The notes under the pieces: model-generated
Database searches by the model: none
The model's input: only the letters and a program-made list of their open reading frames with translations
Told to the model about the DNA's origin: nothing
DNA from: Veleropilina oligotropha
Taxonomy: Eukaryota
Length of the DNA stretch: 64,000 nt
Direction: 5' to 3'
Assembly (NCBI GenBank): GCA_048128005.1
Contig: JBEUKZ010000008.1
Coordinates: forward strand, 620,001-684,000
Shown here: piece by piece, positions 29,068-42,354 of the stretch
Numbering within the stretch: the first letter of the stretch is position 1
Layout of the letters: the number at the start of each line of letters is the position of its first letter
Translations under genes and position numbers: made by a program

Positions 29068-32023
29068 TAGTACATGAGCCGAGACCCAAAATTTCACTTT
29101 TTGATACCACTTGCGAGTGGCAAATCCTAATGATGTTTTTATGGTCGTATAACATCTGTGGACTACAAAAAAGTGTGTTGGCCATGTCAAAGTGGCAGCT
29201 TTGGGCCAGAAATTGGTAAATTCCATATGGCGTCCAAAAATGTTCATAATAAATAATATCAGAGAAACAAATTTGCAATATTTACTCCAGAAGCATGATT
29301 ATTTTAGCTATGATTATGCAGGGTATGTCAAAAGATAGCGTATGAGCCAAATATGAATAAATTCAAGATGGCGTCCAAAAGTTTAAACCGTTAATACTCT
29401 CTATATGTAAGACCGGAAATCCGATATTTCAATAATCCGGGGAAGTGAATCCTTGCATAGTAAAGTTATAACATCTGAAGGACATGTCATGCGAGTATAA
29501 TTCAGTCAGAAATGGGTATACACACAACAACGGCTTAAAACATTAAAATCGTAGGAAATTCACATAACGAACAAATACACACACTGGTCGCTGTTCAATC
29601 ACTGGCATGTATTATCATTTCCTTAGAGGCAGAACATTATCCCCCAGAACCCGGGGCAATAGTGTACGATAATAAAGTTTATAAAAATACAAAGATGAAA
29701 ATGAGTATTAATATATGGTGTCACGTCTATGAATAAATAAACTAGAAAGCCGTTTATGTCAATATATAGTGTATCTTAAGAGAATGGCAATGTGAACCCA
29801 CAAGCAATTTGAACCGTGTCCTCGTCATCGGAACAGTTTTCATCGCGGTCAAGCTCATCTAAATCATCATCGTTGCAGATTTGCAACATATACGTGGCAG
29901 TACATTTGATTTTATTCACTCGACAACTGTAGTCGTGAAGCTTGCATGCTTTAGGACACTTGCAGGACATGAATTCCAGGATGACATCTGGTGCTGGGGG
30001 ACCTGTCATCCAACAAATAAACAACTCTTCATCCTCCTCACACCAACCAAACCCAGTAGGATCAGGAATGCTTGGGTTATTCTTCAGACTACGGTTCCAC
30101 AAATCTGTTTGTTAATATGCTCTTTGAACATGCTTGTTCAGACAATCTTCACATGACGACAGCTAACCCGATTCCAAAACCCTTCTCCTGGCCATGAGCA
30201 ACTGGTAACGCGGGTCGTCAACTTTGCTGGTTTTGGACATGGCTGAATACTATCTGCACATGAATTCCGCAAGACGTTCGGAGAAGTCGGTTGGTGCCAG
30301 CCATTCATTTCCAAATTTGGTGAAAGCATAATGATACTCTGCGCTAGACTTCTTGAGTTTTAAATCCTTTTGTTTTTCATTACCCCGAATGCACTAACCT
30401 TGTCACATCCAGTGAAAGCATGCAATCCTGTTTATGCTTTACATATACGCTCCCCCACAGCTCCTGAGACTTTCTTCACGTCCATGAATCTTTCTGGAGG
30501 TATTGTACCTCACTTGGACAATCCATATCGCTGTTGAGAGCCAATGGAAGTACAAACACATCGGTATCTTCGGATACGACGACCACAGAATGGATCTCTG
30601 TTGCAGCATGCCGTACGTGCAAAAACATGCGAGTATCTGCTTCTTCCTGTGTTGATTTCAGTGCCTAGACTTCGTTGAAAGAATCACATGCATGGTATTC
30701 TAAAGCATTTCGTCTCAGACATGACATACATGATTCGCTCTTCGTTGTTTGTTCTTAGCTTTGAAGTCTTCTCCATTGCCTTGTCCCGTGATCGAGGACA
30801 ATGTTAATGAAGAGTACGGCGTATACATCAAATACCACATCAATGCGATGACTTACTGATCCTATCTGCAATGTAGCCCGAATATTGCTGCAGAAAGCTG
30901 TCCAAAAGTCATGTTATCTGCATTTACTTTATGTACCTAACTCATTCCATTTATGATGCAAGCGGAAAGTCTTCAAATGATGCTACGGCATTTTTCAGGT
31001 GTCGTGTCAAGGCTGCTTGGTTATTTGTTCCGTGTCCCGTCAGAGTTGAACAATGACCAAGGCAACGGTCCAAGAGGATGCATTAATACCTTGCTCATCG
31101 TCAAGTTTGTGCTAGTTGCGATTAGCATCAAATGGTCAAATAAATTGTTATCCGTTTTGAGGACTGTCTGTTTGTTGGTTGTGCTGGATATCTTCTGTTT
31201 CTTGATATCTGTGAATGTCTTCAGTTTATGTTTATCGAGTCTGCCGTGAAATTTCACTGTCTGCTTTTCAATCCGCTCTTCTTGGAATTGATGGTAGGCT
31301 GTTCATTCTCTTTTCATGCGACGAGTGACTGGACGTCTGTATCATCTCTCCGTACACGATGTTCTTCAAGATCCGAATGATTTAGACCAGGGGATTGCAG
31401 CTGAGTCATCTCTCTAACGCATGTACTTCTGAACTCCGCAGTGAGAAATATTTACTGCGGGATCATGGTTTGAGACTGAACCCTTAATTGGTTCCACCAG
31501 CTGTTTGCGTGTCTTTGTTTATTGTCTCTTCAATAGTTTGATCAACTGGGATCCGACAGAAACTGTTCTTGTCTCCAAGCTGCACAGAGAATCATCCGGT
31601 CAGAAGATGGACATCCATAATATATGGTCCTCTGGAAGTCTCGTCATTTCTGTGTAGTACACTAACAAATATCGACTGTACTTTATTATAAGACGGCTGA
31701 TCTCAAAACTTAGTTTTCGATGAATCGAGGCTTTAAAGTTATAATATAATCGATTTGGATTCTATTCACTGAACAGAATATGCACATTTTACGAAAGTAG
31801 AATCCAAATCGATTATATTTATAACTTTACCCCTACCCCTCAATTCATCGAAAAGTAAGTTTTGAGATCCGCCATCTTAAATTGACCTACTTTTATCACA
31901 AAGCTGCTAATATGGCAAAGCCATCACATTTTTTTGTTAACTAGAGGTACAAATGAGTGGAAAAATCACAACGGCGTTTTGCCACTCTGAATTGTAGCAG
32001 ATCGGCTTCGAGCTCACGGACTA
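29068..32023 (-). mobile_element. Decayed, internally deleted Academ (AcademX-like) DNA transposon
   Basis: Minus-strand fragments VDQTIEETINKDTQTAGG, QEEADTRMFLH, SEDTDVFVL, LHAFTGCD (XPG/PIN-like) and a C-terminal Cys cluster; imperfect TAGT...ACTA termini; no clean TSD. Confidence 0.65.
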
Positions 32024-32226
32024 TTATAATTATGACGATTCTTCACATTTTATATTGTAGTTAGGAAAAACAGACCGAGGCCAAGGATGCCGATGATAAA
32101 TCGATCACGGCGACGGAGGATCCACAATTCACGGCTTGGTAATCAGAATGAATAACAACATTTAGCAAAAATATTGGCCAATTGAAGAACTTGCATTTTC
32201 TTCTCATATATTGTTTTCTAATTTTA

Positions 32227-32490
32227 GGGGCCGCTTCGGCAGCGCAGTGGGTAGAGTGTCCACCCTAAATTCACTGGCTTGATTCCGCTAATGCGAACAG
32301 TAGTGGGTTCAATTTCAATGCTGATGCATTGAAATTTGTTCAAGTTGTGAATCACAGTTGTTCGTGACTGGCCGAAGAGGGCGGGTTTACCCGGGCGACC
32401 GGGGTTTCCTCCCGCGATACCACGGACATGTCCTGCCTTGAACCTCGATGTTGTAAATATACAGGATATTAAGCATCATTCCTCCCTTCC
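32227..32490 (+). mobile_element. tRNA-derived SINE with V-domain-like core
   Basis: A/B-box-like head and core gggcgggtttacccgggcgaccggggtttcctccc; further copies near 47930, 48440 and 50430. Confidence 0.7.
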
Positions 32491-33251
32491 TCTAATTTTA
32501 GGTCATACGTACATGATCGCAAATAAGTATTGTATATTTATAAACTAATCTGTTTAATAACACCATCACTCATCACGGTAAAATTATTATCATTACATCC
32601 GAGGAGTCTTCCTTATTTCCTTCGTCCGTCCGTTTCGAACGTCCATCGACCCGTCGGTCAGACCTTCGGGGCAACAATTTACATCTTTACATTTGGCACA
32701 CAGGTGCCCTGTGGGCGGCCCTTGGACGATTTCGGCCATGGCTAACCTCTGACCTTGACCTATTTGATTTCTATACTTAATTAAGTAATACTCGTGTTCA
32801 TTGTCTAATCTTTTGTCGCATTTCAGAAATGAATAGGAGGCACCAGCTCATGCTAGAACAATTAGGTGAGTGCCTCTTTCATTGTTACAAACCGGCTTGA
32901 TGAATTACTTCATGAAAATGACGGAAAAACAAATATTTGGAACTGATAACGAAGAGATGCCGCGTTGTATTGTGTTGATATGGAATCTTAGTGTGAGTCT
33001 GTGTGACTACCATTTCATGTCACGCACACAGCACTTGCATCTTTTTAAAATCATCTATTTGGCTGGTCACCGTTAATTTAATTGCTGATTGAGGGAATTG
33101 ATTGGCACACCGACATGATCAAATGTTTTCATTCGGCGCTGCTGTAGTGTCGCAAATGTTCCTTCGTTAGCTGTTTAGAGATCGGTGGCATTTGCCAATG
33201 CCCTAATTCCTCTCCATGAATCATGGCTGATGCTATCATATAATATTTAAT

Positions 33252-33585
33252 GGCGCTTTTTCGGTACTTCTCCACAGCTCCGGCTTTTACTCAACTTTTG
33301 AAATCCGGTTTTTCATCTCCGCGTCGTTAATGTTAAATCCATGGGGACTAGCAACAGGTGGACCTCGGTCAGTCCAGGCTCACGGGGCGGTCCGGTGTAT
33401 ATACGTTTGTAAAGCCAATACAACTACGTACCCGTCACGTGTATCTTATCGCAAGCTGCATTTGCCTTTAGTAGAAATTGACAAGGCAGATAATACGCGT
33501 GGTGTGAAAATTAAGACGAATAAAAGCCGGAGCTCCTTAAATATGTATAAAAGCCGGATCTGTGGGGAAGTACCGAAAGAGCACC
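33252..33585 (+). mobile_element. MITE with about 38-bp TIRs
   Basis: ggcgctttttcggtacttctccacagctccggctttta ... taaaagccggatctgtggggaagtaccgaaagagcacc; inverted copies at 51560-51893 and 55423-55757. Confidence 0.85.
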
Positions 33586-36122
33586 TAATTAATAATTGGC
33601 GTGATTTGAATTGACGATATATTTGAGGAGCTAGTAGAGAGGTTTCGCAAATGTCCCGTGTGCGTGTACCTGTAACGTGAACAGGGTCAATTACTAGATG
33701 GGTGTCCATTGACAACCAGTTACACGTTCACGTAAACGTTTTAATCGGTTTTGGCTTTCGCAGATCGACCTGTCGTGTATCTGTAATGGCTCCAGAAGGC
33801 AATGCCCAGTCATCTGACAATATAAATGTGTCCATGTACCCTATCATATTATTAAAGCTATTATAATTTACAAAATTATGTAATTATCATGATTGTGGCG
33901 ATGTAGAAATAGCTGATTTTTTATTTTATCATTAGATTAGTGATGGTCAATCACTGATCAAATGACAAAATAAATCGTTCATATGAGAAATTTCTACACG
34001 TTTGTCGTGCACACGTAGCCTTGAAATGCTCTTTCGCAGAGTGAACTTGAACGTGGACCTATGGTGTATGGGTAATATGCAAATTTCACCATGATGTAAT
34101 CATTATTTGCTACCTGAACCCATTGACCAGATATAGAACCGTGTCGGTTGATGTTCACGGGATAAAAACAGCCTGTACGTCGTTGTATTCACGTAAGCTC
34201 ACTCCCCGAAACATGTAACACGTCGCTATTAGCAAATCGTATGCAAGCACTCACGAATACACATGCGCACAGACATATAAATTTGTACGTATCTTTAGTT
34301 CTGTTTAAGAGCAATATTAGAGTGGTTTTATTTAAAAAAATATCGTATATGATATAGTGACTGCGACAGAGGGCCACAAATTTTGTTTTTTAATTTTGTT
34401 CATGAAATTTTATCACGGACGGACACAGAGATAAATTGCTAAATCGAAACGATATGACAGTCTGAAAATTATAAAATAAGTGATATTGAACTATCATCCA
34501 TGAAATTGTTGACCACCAGTCAATAGAGTTTGATATCATTTAGATGTTACATGTGTATCGACCTATATAATTGATTGACGTGAATATTTGTTTTTTCATT
34601 GTTAAATCAATATATGTTGCCATATTAATAAATGTTCCGTGGTCTATTGAAAGAGGAGGAGACTTTCATACTTGTTTAGCTATACATTAATGCAAAATAA
34701 ACGGTAATTTAAAGAGGTTTAAGCAAAAAATAAGCAAGTTTTTTCAATTATATTTTGGTGAATTTACCTACATATTACACTTAAATATATTTAATAAATC
34801 AACGAACAACACTATTATATGTTTTGATTCATGGGTGTGAATTTATCAGTCATATATCTTTACGAGTCTACCAAACTTCCTTCACTGCATTTCATAATGT
34901 TTTCATTTTTCTGAGGTTAAACTCCCCGTCTCGAGGTATACCTTTCTAGCCTCGTTCTCGAACTGATTCAACACAATGCCATGATTTGTATCAGACTTGA
35001 AGTGCATTGCATTAAAGTTCTATTGGCCATTTCGTTTTAGCGTTGCAAATCAAATATATTATCATAAATTCACATCAAATATAATTGAATCTAATTCATA
35101 CATACGATCCAAACGTATTGAAATATCATCGTAAACATTCATATTATGTGTTTATTTTATGTGTTCGGCATTAACGTTAGGAACAAACGTGAACGCCTGT
35201 ATTCGAGGTGACCATTTATAGTCTCAGCAGCTTTTGTACACAAATTGATGACGTTCTGTGTTGTAATCTGATCTTCGCGTACAGGTACACGTTCGCGTTA
35301 GATTGCGAAACCTCTCTACTGTCGTGTCATTCAACGTCCTTGAAAAAGTTGCTATATGGTGGCAATTGCCGTCCAAGACTGTGTCTCTATCCGATCGTAT
35401 AATGCAACAGATCACTCAAATGCATTGGATCATATGTGTACGAGTGTCAGTTGGAACTGAGGTTTTATATTTTGTGACGCTGCTTAAAGTGATAACCAAC
35501 CCAAATATATAAATTTTGTATTGGATCTAATATTGCTTTAACGTTTATTAGCTGAAAAATGAAGAGAAATATATTTCGTCATTTCGAAGAAAAATCGATT
35601 TATACAATTCCTCCCTTTCTGGCCTGGCACCGTTATTATGTCGTCTGCAGTGGTTAATCTACGTCATAATCTCGCGTATTCACGCACTCAATTCAATTCA
35701 ATTCAATTCAATTCAATTTATTAGTGCTTTAAACACGAACGTGTTTTTAGCGTATCAAAAATACATATTATAGATTGCAGACAGGTACAATAACCATTAC
35801 AGGTGTAATTTTATTAAATACACAAAGTCGCTGTGTTTATTTATCTATATTTCTATATATGAAGGAATATTGCTTCTATTTATATAAATATATAGTATAT
35901 ATACAAAATACGCAATTGTATGTTTTATACATAATAATTACATAATTGAATTATTTTACATATATACATACATCGAATAAATGAAGATCTATTATATTTA
36001 CTTGCATTGCTTAGTCAGCAGATACATATTTATTGTACATATCGACAATATTACGACACGCATAAAATATTAACGTAACGCAAACTGAAACTCTTATCAT
36101 ATTTAGGTTCTTGGTTAAATTT

Positions 36123-39100
36123 TTATATATTGTTTCGTAACATAAGTGCTTGCTTTAGATATATGCCAAGCATAGATTGCGTTCGTAAAGAGTCAGATGA
36201 CATTAGATTTACAAATTTCTGTAGAGTTGGCCATTTGGTATAATATTTGGGCAGGTGTTTTAATCTAAGATCTCTATACTTTGAACACACCAACACAAAG
36301 TGATATTCGTCCTCTACCATACGCTGATTACACTGTTGGCACAGTCGATGTTCTCTGATCGTTCCTTGCATTCGTCCATTTTCAATTTCTATTTTACAAG
36401 TACCACTTCGTATAAGAGCAATGTATCTTCTTGAATTACGGTTACTCAATGAAAGATATGTCGCTGTATTCATGGTGATTTTATACTTAACGTAAAAGTT
36501 TAGTTTCGATGTTAACAGAACGGAGCTGTGCCAACATTGTTGATATTGGTCATGTAATCGCTGAATCATTAGAGGTACGGATATATGTGATAAATCTTGC
36601 GAACACCAGTAATTGTTTAGTCCTAGTTCAAATAAGAGATCTCGTATGTTAGATGCCCAATTCCGTCTATCGGTTCTTTCGCATTCAAGTCTCATATGAT
36701 TGTAAGTATGAAAGATTAAGGTATTTGCATCTGAAATTATTTTTACCCAGTATCTTAGAATTTTTTCCTTCCATTTAATCGACATGCTCACTCTGTTCAA
36801 TTCTCCATACATAAAATTGTTACTTGCCCTCAGAGGTACTTGTAATATTCTCCGACAAAACTTTAAGTGCACCCTTTCAACAGCGTCACCTTTCTGGAAG
36901 CCCCAAACTTCGGCCCCATATGTCAGTACAGGTGTAACCAGAGTATCAAACATATTTAATTGAGTGTTAATTGTAAAATCATAAGTGTTTAATATTTGCG
37001 TTAGCCCCCCTAGTGCCCGTCCTCCTTGCTTTGCCTGTTTGATTTGTGCATATTTACAATTTCCACTTTTATGTAGATTTACACCAAGATATGTAAATGA
37101 GTCCATTTGTTCTATAATATTACCGTTATATTTAAATTCGAAGTTAACTGGGCGCCGTTTCTTGGTAAAAATAACGATTTTAGTTTTGTTATTATTGACA
37201 ATGATATTCCATTTTTTACAGTATTGGCCAAGGTGATCCAATTGATTTTGAAGTTCTTGTTTGGATTTCGCAAACAAGGCTGCGTCATCGGCAAACAGTA
37301 ATGAAAATAGTATAATGGTTTCTATAGTTATCAAATCATTGGGCTCGTTGGGGATATAGTTGGCCATAAAATCGTTTATGAAAAATAGAAATAGTAATGG
37401 GGACATGGGTTCTCCTTGCTTTACACCTTGGTAGCTCATGAATGTTTCTGATACACTGTGGTCATATTTTACACACAGCTCAACACTTGAATACATGCAT
37501 TTTACCAGTTTTAGTATTTTTGTGCTAACACCTATGTTCCATAGTTTGTAATATAAGATGTCTCTATTAACTTTATCAAATGCTTTTTGAAAATCAACGA
37601 ACGCACAGAAAAGATCCTGTTTCTTTGCCAGAGTGTCCTCTATAATACTTTGTAAGATGAATACGCAATCAGTTGTACTACGATTGGGCCTGAACCCAAA
37701 TTGATTAGCGTTAAGCTTACTATTTGCTTCTGCCCACACAAGCAACCTGTTGTTAATGATGCTAGAAAATATTTTGCCAAACACGCTTGAAATGCATATG
37801 GCCCGAAAATTGCCTGGATCAGACAAGTCTCCTGTCTTGGGAATAGGTACTATTATCCCTGTTGACCAGGACTTTGGAAAGACACCTCTTTGGAGCAAAA
37901 TATTGAATAGTTTTTCTAAAATAGGTATGATGTTATCAATTACTTCAACGAACATTTCAGCAACAAGATTATCCGCTCCAGAACCCTTATTACTTTTCAA
38001 TTTACTTATTGTGGATATAATTTCTGATTCTGTTATTGGCTTATCAAGGGCGTCAATTTCCCTCAAATTGGTAGTAAATTCATTGTTTGCTTCATTGATA
38101 ATTTGAGTGGTTTGTTCTTGAAGAGTACCTGGAGCTTCTCCGAATAAATCCTGGAAGTACTTTTTGAATTGTTCGCTAGTGGGTGTTGTCACATTTTTTT
38201 TCGTTTTATCTTTTATTTTCTTAACTGATGACCAAAATTTCCTCGGTTCGTGTTTTGCTATCTTACTAAGTTCTCTACCTTTATTATTTTTATATTTTCG
38301 AATAGCACATTGCTTTGCTTTAACATAAGCATTTCTGGATGTTATGAATTTATTTCTATTGAGGTCGTTACGGTTTCGTTTATATGTGTTCCGCTCTTTA
38401 CAAAACGCTCTCTTAGTAAGATGGCATTCATGGTCGAACCAAGGGTTTGATTTTTTATGTGGTCTGTTACCAACTTTAATGATACGTCCAAATGACTTAT
38501 ATCCAATATCATAAATTTTGGCAGACAGTAGCTCAACTAGTTCATTGATATTACCATCAGTATAGTAGTTATCAATTATTTCGTGCATATACGGCAAACT
38601 TCCGAGAATGTCGTTCTTATACTTGTCATTATCACCCGATAACCATTTTATAATTGGAATATCACGCGAGTAACAATTTGAGACAGACTCATTACAAAAG
38701 TTATTAGTTACAATTGAAAATTCAATGCATGAGTGATCAGAGAGCACAGTTGGTTCCAGAACACTGAATTCGTGAATATGTGAAAGATGCTCAGGTGACA
38801 ATAACAAGTAATCGACCACACTAGATCCATTAAGCGTGAAACATGTGAAACGTCCTAAACCGGCATCGGCAAAAACGCGTCCGTTTGCAATTATCTGACC
38901 AGTATTAACACACAAATCTAGTAGTCGACGACCAAAATTGTTAACAATCTGGTCTTCATTTGTCCTCATTGATAATAAAAAGTCATCGTATTGAAAAGAG
39001 GCGTTAATAGCATTTGCAAAATTTATACAGTTATCAACTGATATGTAATCATGTTCGTTACCTGTGCGAGCATTAAAATCGCCACAATTCAAAACAATTC

Positions 39101-39542
39101 CGATTTCTTTATACATATTTATGTCATTTTCAAGTGTTCGAAAGAAAAAGTCTTTATCGTTATTTAAATAGAATGTAGAGCTGATAGGTGGGATATAGAC
39201 AAGTGAAATATAAATGTCAGATTCTAATGAGAAAAACTGTCTTGATAGCTTTAACCAAATTATTCCACATGGGTCAATTTTGGCTATCTTCACGCCATCT
39301 TTAATGTGTGATTTGTAGTAAACAGCTAAGCCACCGCTATTTCTACCAACCCTATTTCTACGGGGTCTGTTTACAAGAACGTGTTCGAACCCGTTTAACA
39401 TACATGTTTCGTTCACAGACAACCACGTTTCAGATAATAAAACAATATCATATTTTTCTATCAGATTAATAAAATCGCTGTCGGTTACCTTATGTTTTAA
39501 ACCGTGAATATTCCATGCCGCTACATATACAACTTCCTTCAC
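36123..39542 (-). CDS. LINE ORF2: APE endonuclease + reverse transcriptase + C-terminal CCHC
   Basis: WNIHG, LSETW, GDFNAR, VDY, SDH; FVDFQKAFD, GVKQG, LFADD; CQQC...EDEYHFVLVC. Confidence 0.96.
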   Translation of the reverse strand: MKEVVYVAAWNIHGLKHKVTDSDFINLIEKYDIVLLSETWLSVNETCMLNGFEHVLVNRPRRNRVGRNSGGLAVYYKSHIKDGVKIAKIDPCGIIWLKLSRQFFSLESDIYISLVYIPPISSTFYLNNDKDFFFRTLENDINMYKEIGIVLNCGDFNARTGNEHDYISVDNCINFANAINASFQYDDFLLSMRTNEDQIVNNFGRRLLDLCVNTGQIIANGRVFADAGLGRFTCFTLNGSSVVDYLLLSPEHLSHIHEFSVLEPTVLSDHSCIEFSIVTNNFCNESVSNCYSRDIPIIKWLSGDNDKYKNDILGSLPYMHEIIDNYYTDGNINELVELLSAKIYDIGYKSFGRIIKVGNRPHKKSNPWFDHECHLTKRAFCKERNTYKRNRNDLNRNKFITSRNAYVKAKQCAIRKYKNNKGRELSKIAKHEPRKFWSSVKKIKDKTKKNVTTPTSEQFKKYFQDLFGEAPGTLQEQTTQIINEANNEFTTNLREIDALDKPITESEIISTISKLKSNKGSGADNLVAEMFVEVIDNIIPILEKLFNILLQRGVFPKSWSTGIIVPIPKTGDLSDPGNFRAICISSVFGKIFSSIINNRLLVWAEANSKLNANQFGFRPNRSTTDCVFILQSIIEDTLAKKQDLFCAFVDFQKAFDKVNRDILYYKLWNIGVSTKILKLVKCMYSSVELCVKYDHSVSETFMSYQGVKQGEPMSPLLFLFFINDFMANYIPNEPNDLITIETIILFSLLFADDAALFAKSKQELQNQLDHLGQYCKKWNIIVNNNKTKIVIFTKKRRPVNFEFKYNGNIIEQMDSFTYLGVNLHKSGNCKYAQIKQAKQGGRALGGLTQILNTYDFTINTQLNMFDTLVTPVLTYGAEVWGFQKGDAVERVHLKFCRRILQVPLRASNNFMYGELNRVSMSIKWKEKILRYWVKIISDANTLIFHTYNHMRLECERTDRRNWASNIRDLLFELGLNNYWCSQDLSHISVPLMIQRLHDQYQQCWHSSVLLTSKLNFYVKYKITMNTATYLSLSNRNSRRYIALIRSGTCKIEIENGRMQGTIREHRLCQQCNQRMVEDEYHFVLVCSKYRDLRLKHLPKYYTKWPTLQKFVNLMSSDSLRTQSMLGIYLKQALMLRNNI

Positions 39543-39548
39543 GCGTCC

Positions 39549-40463
39549 CTATTTCTTTTGATACAATCTACCGTCAATATACAATTTGTCCACCACAAGA
39601 TTTGCGCGTTTGCCCTGTTCTTTGGCTTGTTTCATGATGGGCAACAGATCGCGACGCCTATCTCTGATTTCACTAGGGAATTGGTCAGAAATGCCATATG
39701 TTGTACCACGCAGTTTTGATCCCCTTTGTCTGATCGCTTCCTTGTCTTTATAGAAATTAAACTTTGCCACAATCGGACGACATTTATTAGGAAGATTCTT
39801 ACCTAGTCGATGGGCTCTGTCTATTTTGATGTCGTAAGCGCGATGACCCATATCCAATTTGTTCACACAAAATTCTTTAATTACATTTTCAGCGTTTTCG
39901 TCGTTTGTTTCGGGCAAGTTGTAAAAGAGTAGATTGTCCCTCATTGATCGAGTTTGTAGGTCCAGTATGTTTTCCTTTAGAGCATTATTAATCGACTCTG
40001 ATTCTCCCGCACGTTTTTGTAGTGATTGTAAATCCGTGTTATGCTGGCTGTTACTTTCGCGAAGATCCTCTATCGTGTCGCTCTGGTATTGTAGGGTCGA
40101 TTCAAAAGACATGATTTTGTCGTTCAGTTGTTTTATATCGTTCGACATAATGTCAACTTTAATTATTGTTGCGTGAAGTTTATTTTCGATTCGGTCGACT
40201 TTACTGGTGATATTTTTTAGTGCACAATCCATACTACGCAACGTATCGGTGATATTATTAATCGATCGGACTAGTACCTGGGCCCAGGGTGGGCAGTCCG
40301 CTCCTAGTGGGTTGCTAGTAGACAGTGACGCTTCCTGTGTCGAGACATCGATTGAAGTATGTTGGTCCGCCATTTTGGATAATGTTGTTAGATCCACCGG
40401 AGATTGTGTTGCTTTTCGTTTTTTATCCTGTTTTCCTCGATGTTTTTCGCTTGGAGTCGACAT
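39549..40463 (-). CDS. LINE ORF1 (coiled coil + L1-type RRM/CTD)
   Basis: DLQTRSMRDNLLFYNLPE, IDRAHRLG, RPIVAKF, ISDQFP, DKLYIDG. Confidence 0.93.
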   Translation of the reverse strand: MSTPSEKHRGKQDKKRKATQSPVDLTTLSKMADQHTSIDVSTQEASLSTSNPLGADCPPWAQVLVRSINNITDTLRSMDCALKNITSKVDRIENKLHATIIKVDIMSNDIKQLNDKIMSFESTLQYQSDTIEDLRESNSQHNTDLQSLQKRAGESESINNALKENILDLQTRSMRDNLLFYNLPETNDENAENVIKEFCVNKLDMGHRAYDIKIDRAHRLGKNLPNKCRPIVAKFNFYKDKEAIRQRGSKLRGTTYGISDQFPSEIRDRRRDLLPIMKQAKEQGKRANLVVDKLYIDGRLYQKK

Positions 40464-41924
40464 TTTTATTGCTCTTCAACATGAGATATTATTTAAGTAC
40501 ATTATTTACGCGAAGGGAACGTTTCATCCAAGTATTATTCACATTTCCTCCGGAGCTCCTTTTGACCGAATGTTACCTGTCCGCCATCTTGATACAGACT
40601 CGATCAGGCCAATATCAAGTCAATTATTGTAATACAAAAGAAAGGTGAAGTTACCACTAAAACACAGATGCGATGTCGTCCATTGTTATATGCCCGCATG
40701 CGAGCAGAGGTGATAATTGATAGTACAATAGACTACACAGACATGGGTGACCGCACATGAATGTTCATTGCACAAAGGTTCTCGGACTTGTGTATATTGA
40801 AATATAAGGGTCTTTTATAAAGACAAAAGAGCCTTTGTTGTAAGTTGAGTGTCACATAATCGCGAGATTATGACGTAGATTACCCACTGCAGACGACAAC
40901 ATGGCGGAGTCCAGGCCAGGAAGGGATAAATTATATAAATCATTTTTTCTTATAATTTAAAAAAATATTGAACTTTTATTATTTAGGTAATAAAAGTTAA
41001 ATCAATATTAGAACCAATACAAAAGTTTATGTATGCGGGTTGGCTATTACTTTAATGTCCAATTTTAAATACCTTCTGGGTCATATCAGGACATTCACGA
41101 GAGAGGAATGCCAGGTCGCCGGAGGGAAAACCGTCCCTGTTTTGGACAACTGTGGATGTTAACTGAAAGAAGTGCCCAGTTGAGGATGCGAACCCGCTCC
41201 TGTTATCCAGAGCAACCGGAAATTGTGTCATAAAATTCGGATCCGAATTCCGATTCGGATCATCTTTGAGGAGGACCGAGCATATGGTGGACCCTATCTC
41301 GTGTACATCAGTTGAGTAAATTGGATATATGGTTATTGAGATATGCTCGCGGACCGAAGACAGACAAACCGACCCAATTCCAATACCTTCTCCACTACGT
41401 GGTCGAAGGTAACAATATATGTGGCAAGCGGCAATATAAGGCTTGGATTTTATGTTATGTAGACGAATGTCACACAATCCTTTTATTTATCCTTTTTTAT
41501 TATAGATGAAATGGAATGGTGATAATCGACGTAAACAAATAACCAACTCCAAAGCATCTAACTTATCGCTAATTTGCCTTACCAAATTAGTGCGCATCCA
41601 AAGATTTTATTGTGTCGGAAAAGACTATATGTTGTACATATAATAAATTAATAATATTATTTGTCGCACACCTCGGCAAATTTCGTTTCATCTTTCCGTT
41701 CGTTAATGGGGATATAGCACGGATTTGACATTTTAGCCGTGCTATGACTGACCCATAGCAGAACACTTTTGGATGCTGTAAGCGCCTCCCACCGGATACC
41801 ATCACGCAGTTCAAACGCAGACGTATATAGCGGTTGTATATGCATAGAAGTATACACATGGTAACGTAGATGTACACAGTTCAATGATTGAATCGTTGGA
41901 AGTGAACACATTGTAACAATATAC

Positions 41925-41999
41925 CACAGGCATTCGCCACCGGCATCCTTAGTATACGTGTAGAATGTATACTAGGGTTGCCGGTGGCGAATGCCTGTG
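41925..41999. repeat. About 75-bp imperfect palindrome
   Basis: cacaggcattcgccaccggca...tgccggtggcgaatgcctgtg. Confidence 0.85.
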
Positions 42000-42354
42000 A
42001 ATATACGGTGCCTCTTCGCGTCATGGTAAACAGTTTAATGACTGACGTGCCAGTAATAGAATATTCGCGCGCGTGTGCGTGACTGGGCGAGGTTTGCGAC
42101 AAGTCAATTATAATACTCGACACCAATTGGTTATTTTAGTTGTCGGGACATTCTGCGTGGGTTGCTTCCATGTCAATGACAATCGCGTGCTTATAGGCAC
42201 GCTGGTGATTGACATGGAAGCAAATTATGCAAAGTGTTCCGATATCTAAAACAACGAATAATGTCTCTTACTATAATTATACCCCCCGTAACGTAGTTAT
42301 GGGAGGGGGTATATTGGATCACCCTGTCTGTCCGTCCGTCCGTCTGTCTGTCCG

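Larger units (their letters stand above)
35689..40592 (-). mobile_element. Full-length RTEX-like non-LTR retrotransposon
   Basis: Two intact ORFs, 5' AAGATGGCGG motif, AATAAA followed by a (TTGAA)n tail at about 35689-35722; clade assignment tentative. Confidence 0.85.
35488..41051. mobile_element. TTAA-flanked non-autonomous DNA transposon (Kolobok-like) with about 190-bp imperfect TIRs, hosting a LINE
   Basis: TTAA|AG at 35484-35489 and CT|TTAA at 41050-41055; 35640-35676 is an inverted match to 40861-40897. Confidence 0.7.

Noticed and set aside
40590..40605. TSD for the RTEX-like LINE
   Set aside because: Only a 4-bp ACTC similarity to the other flank; too weak to call
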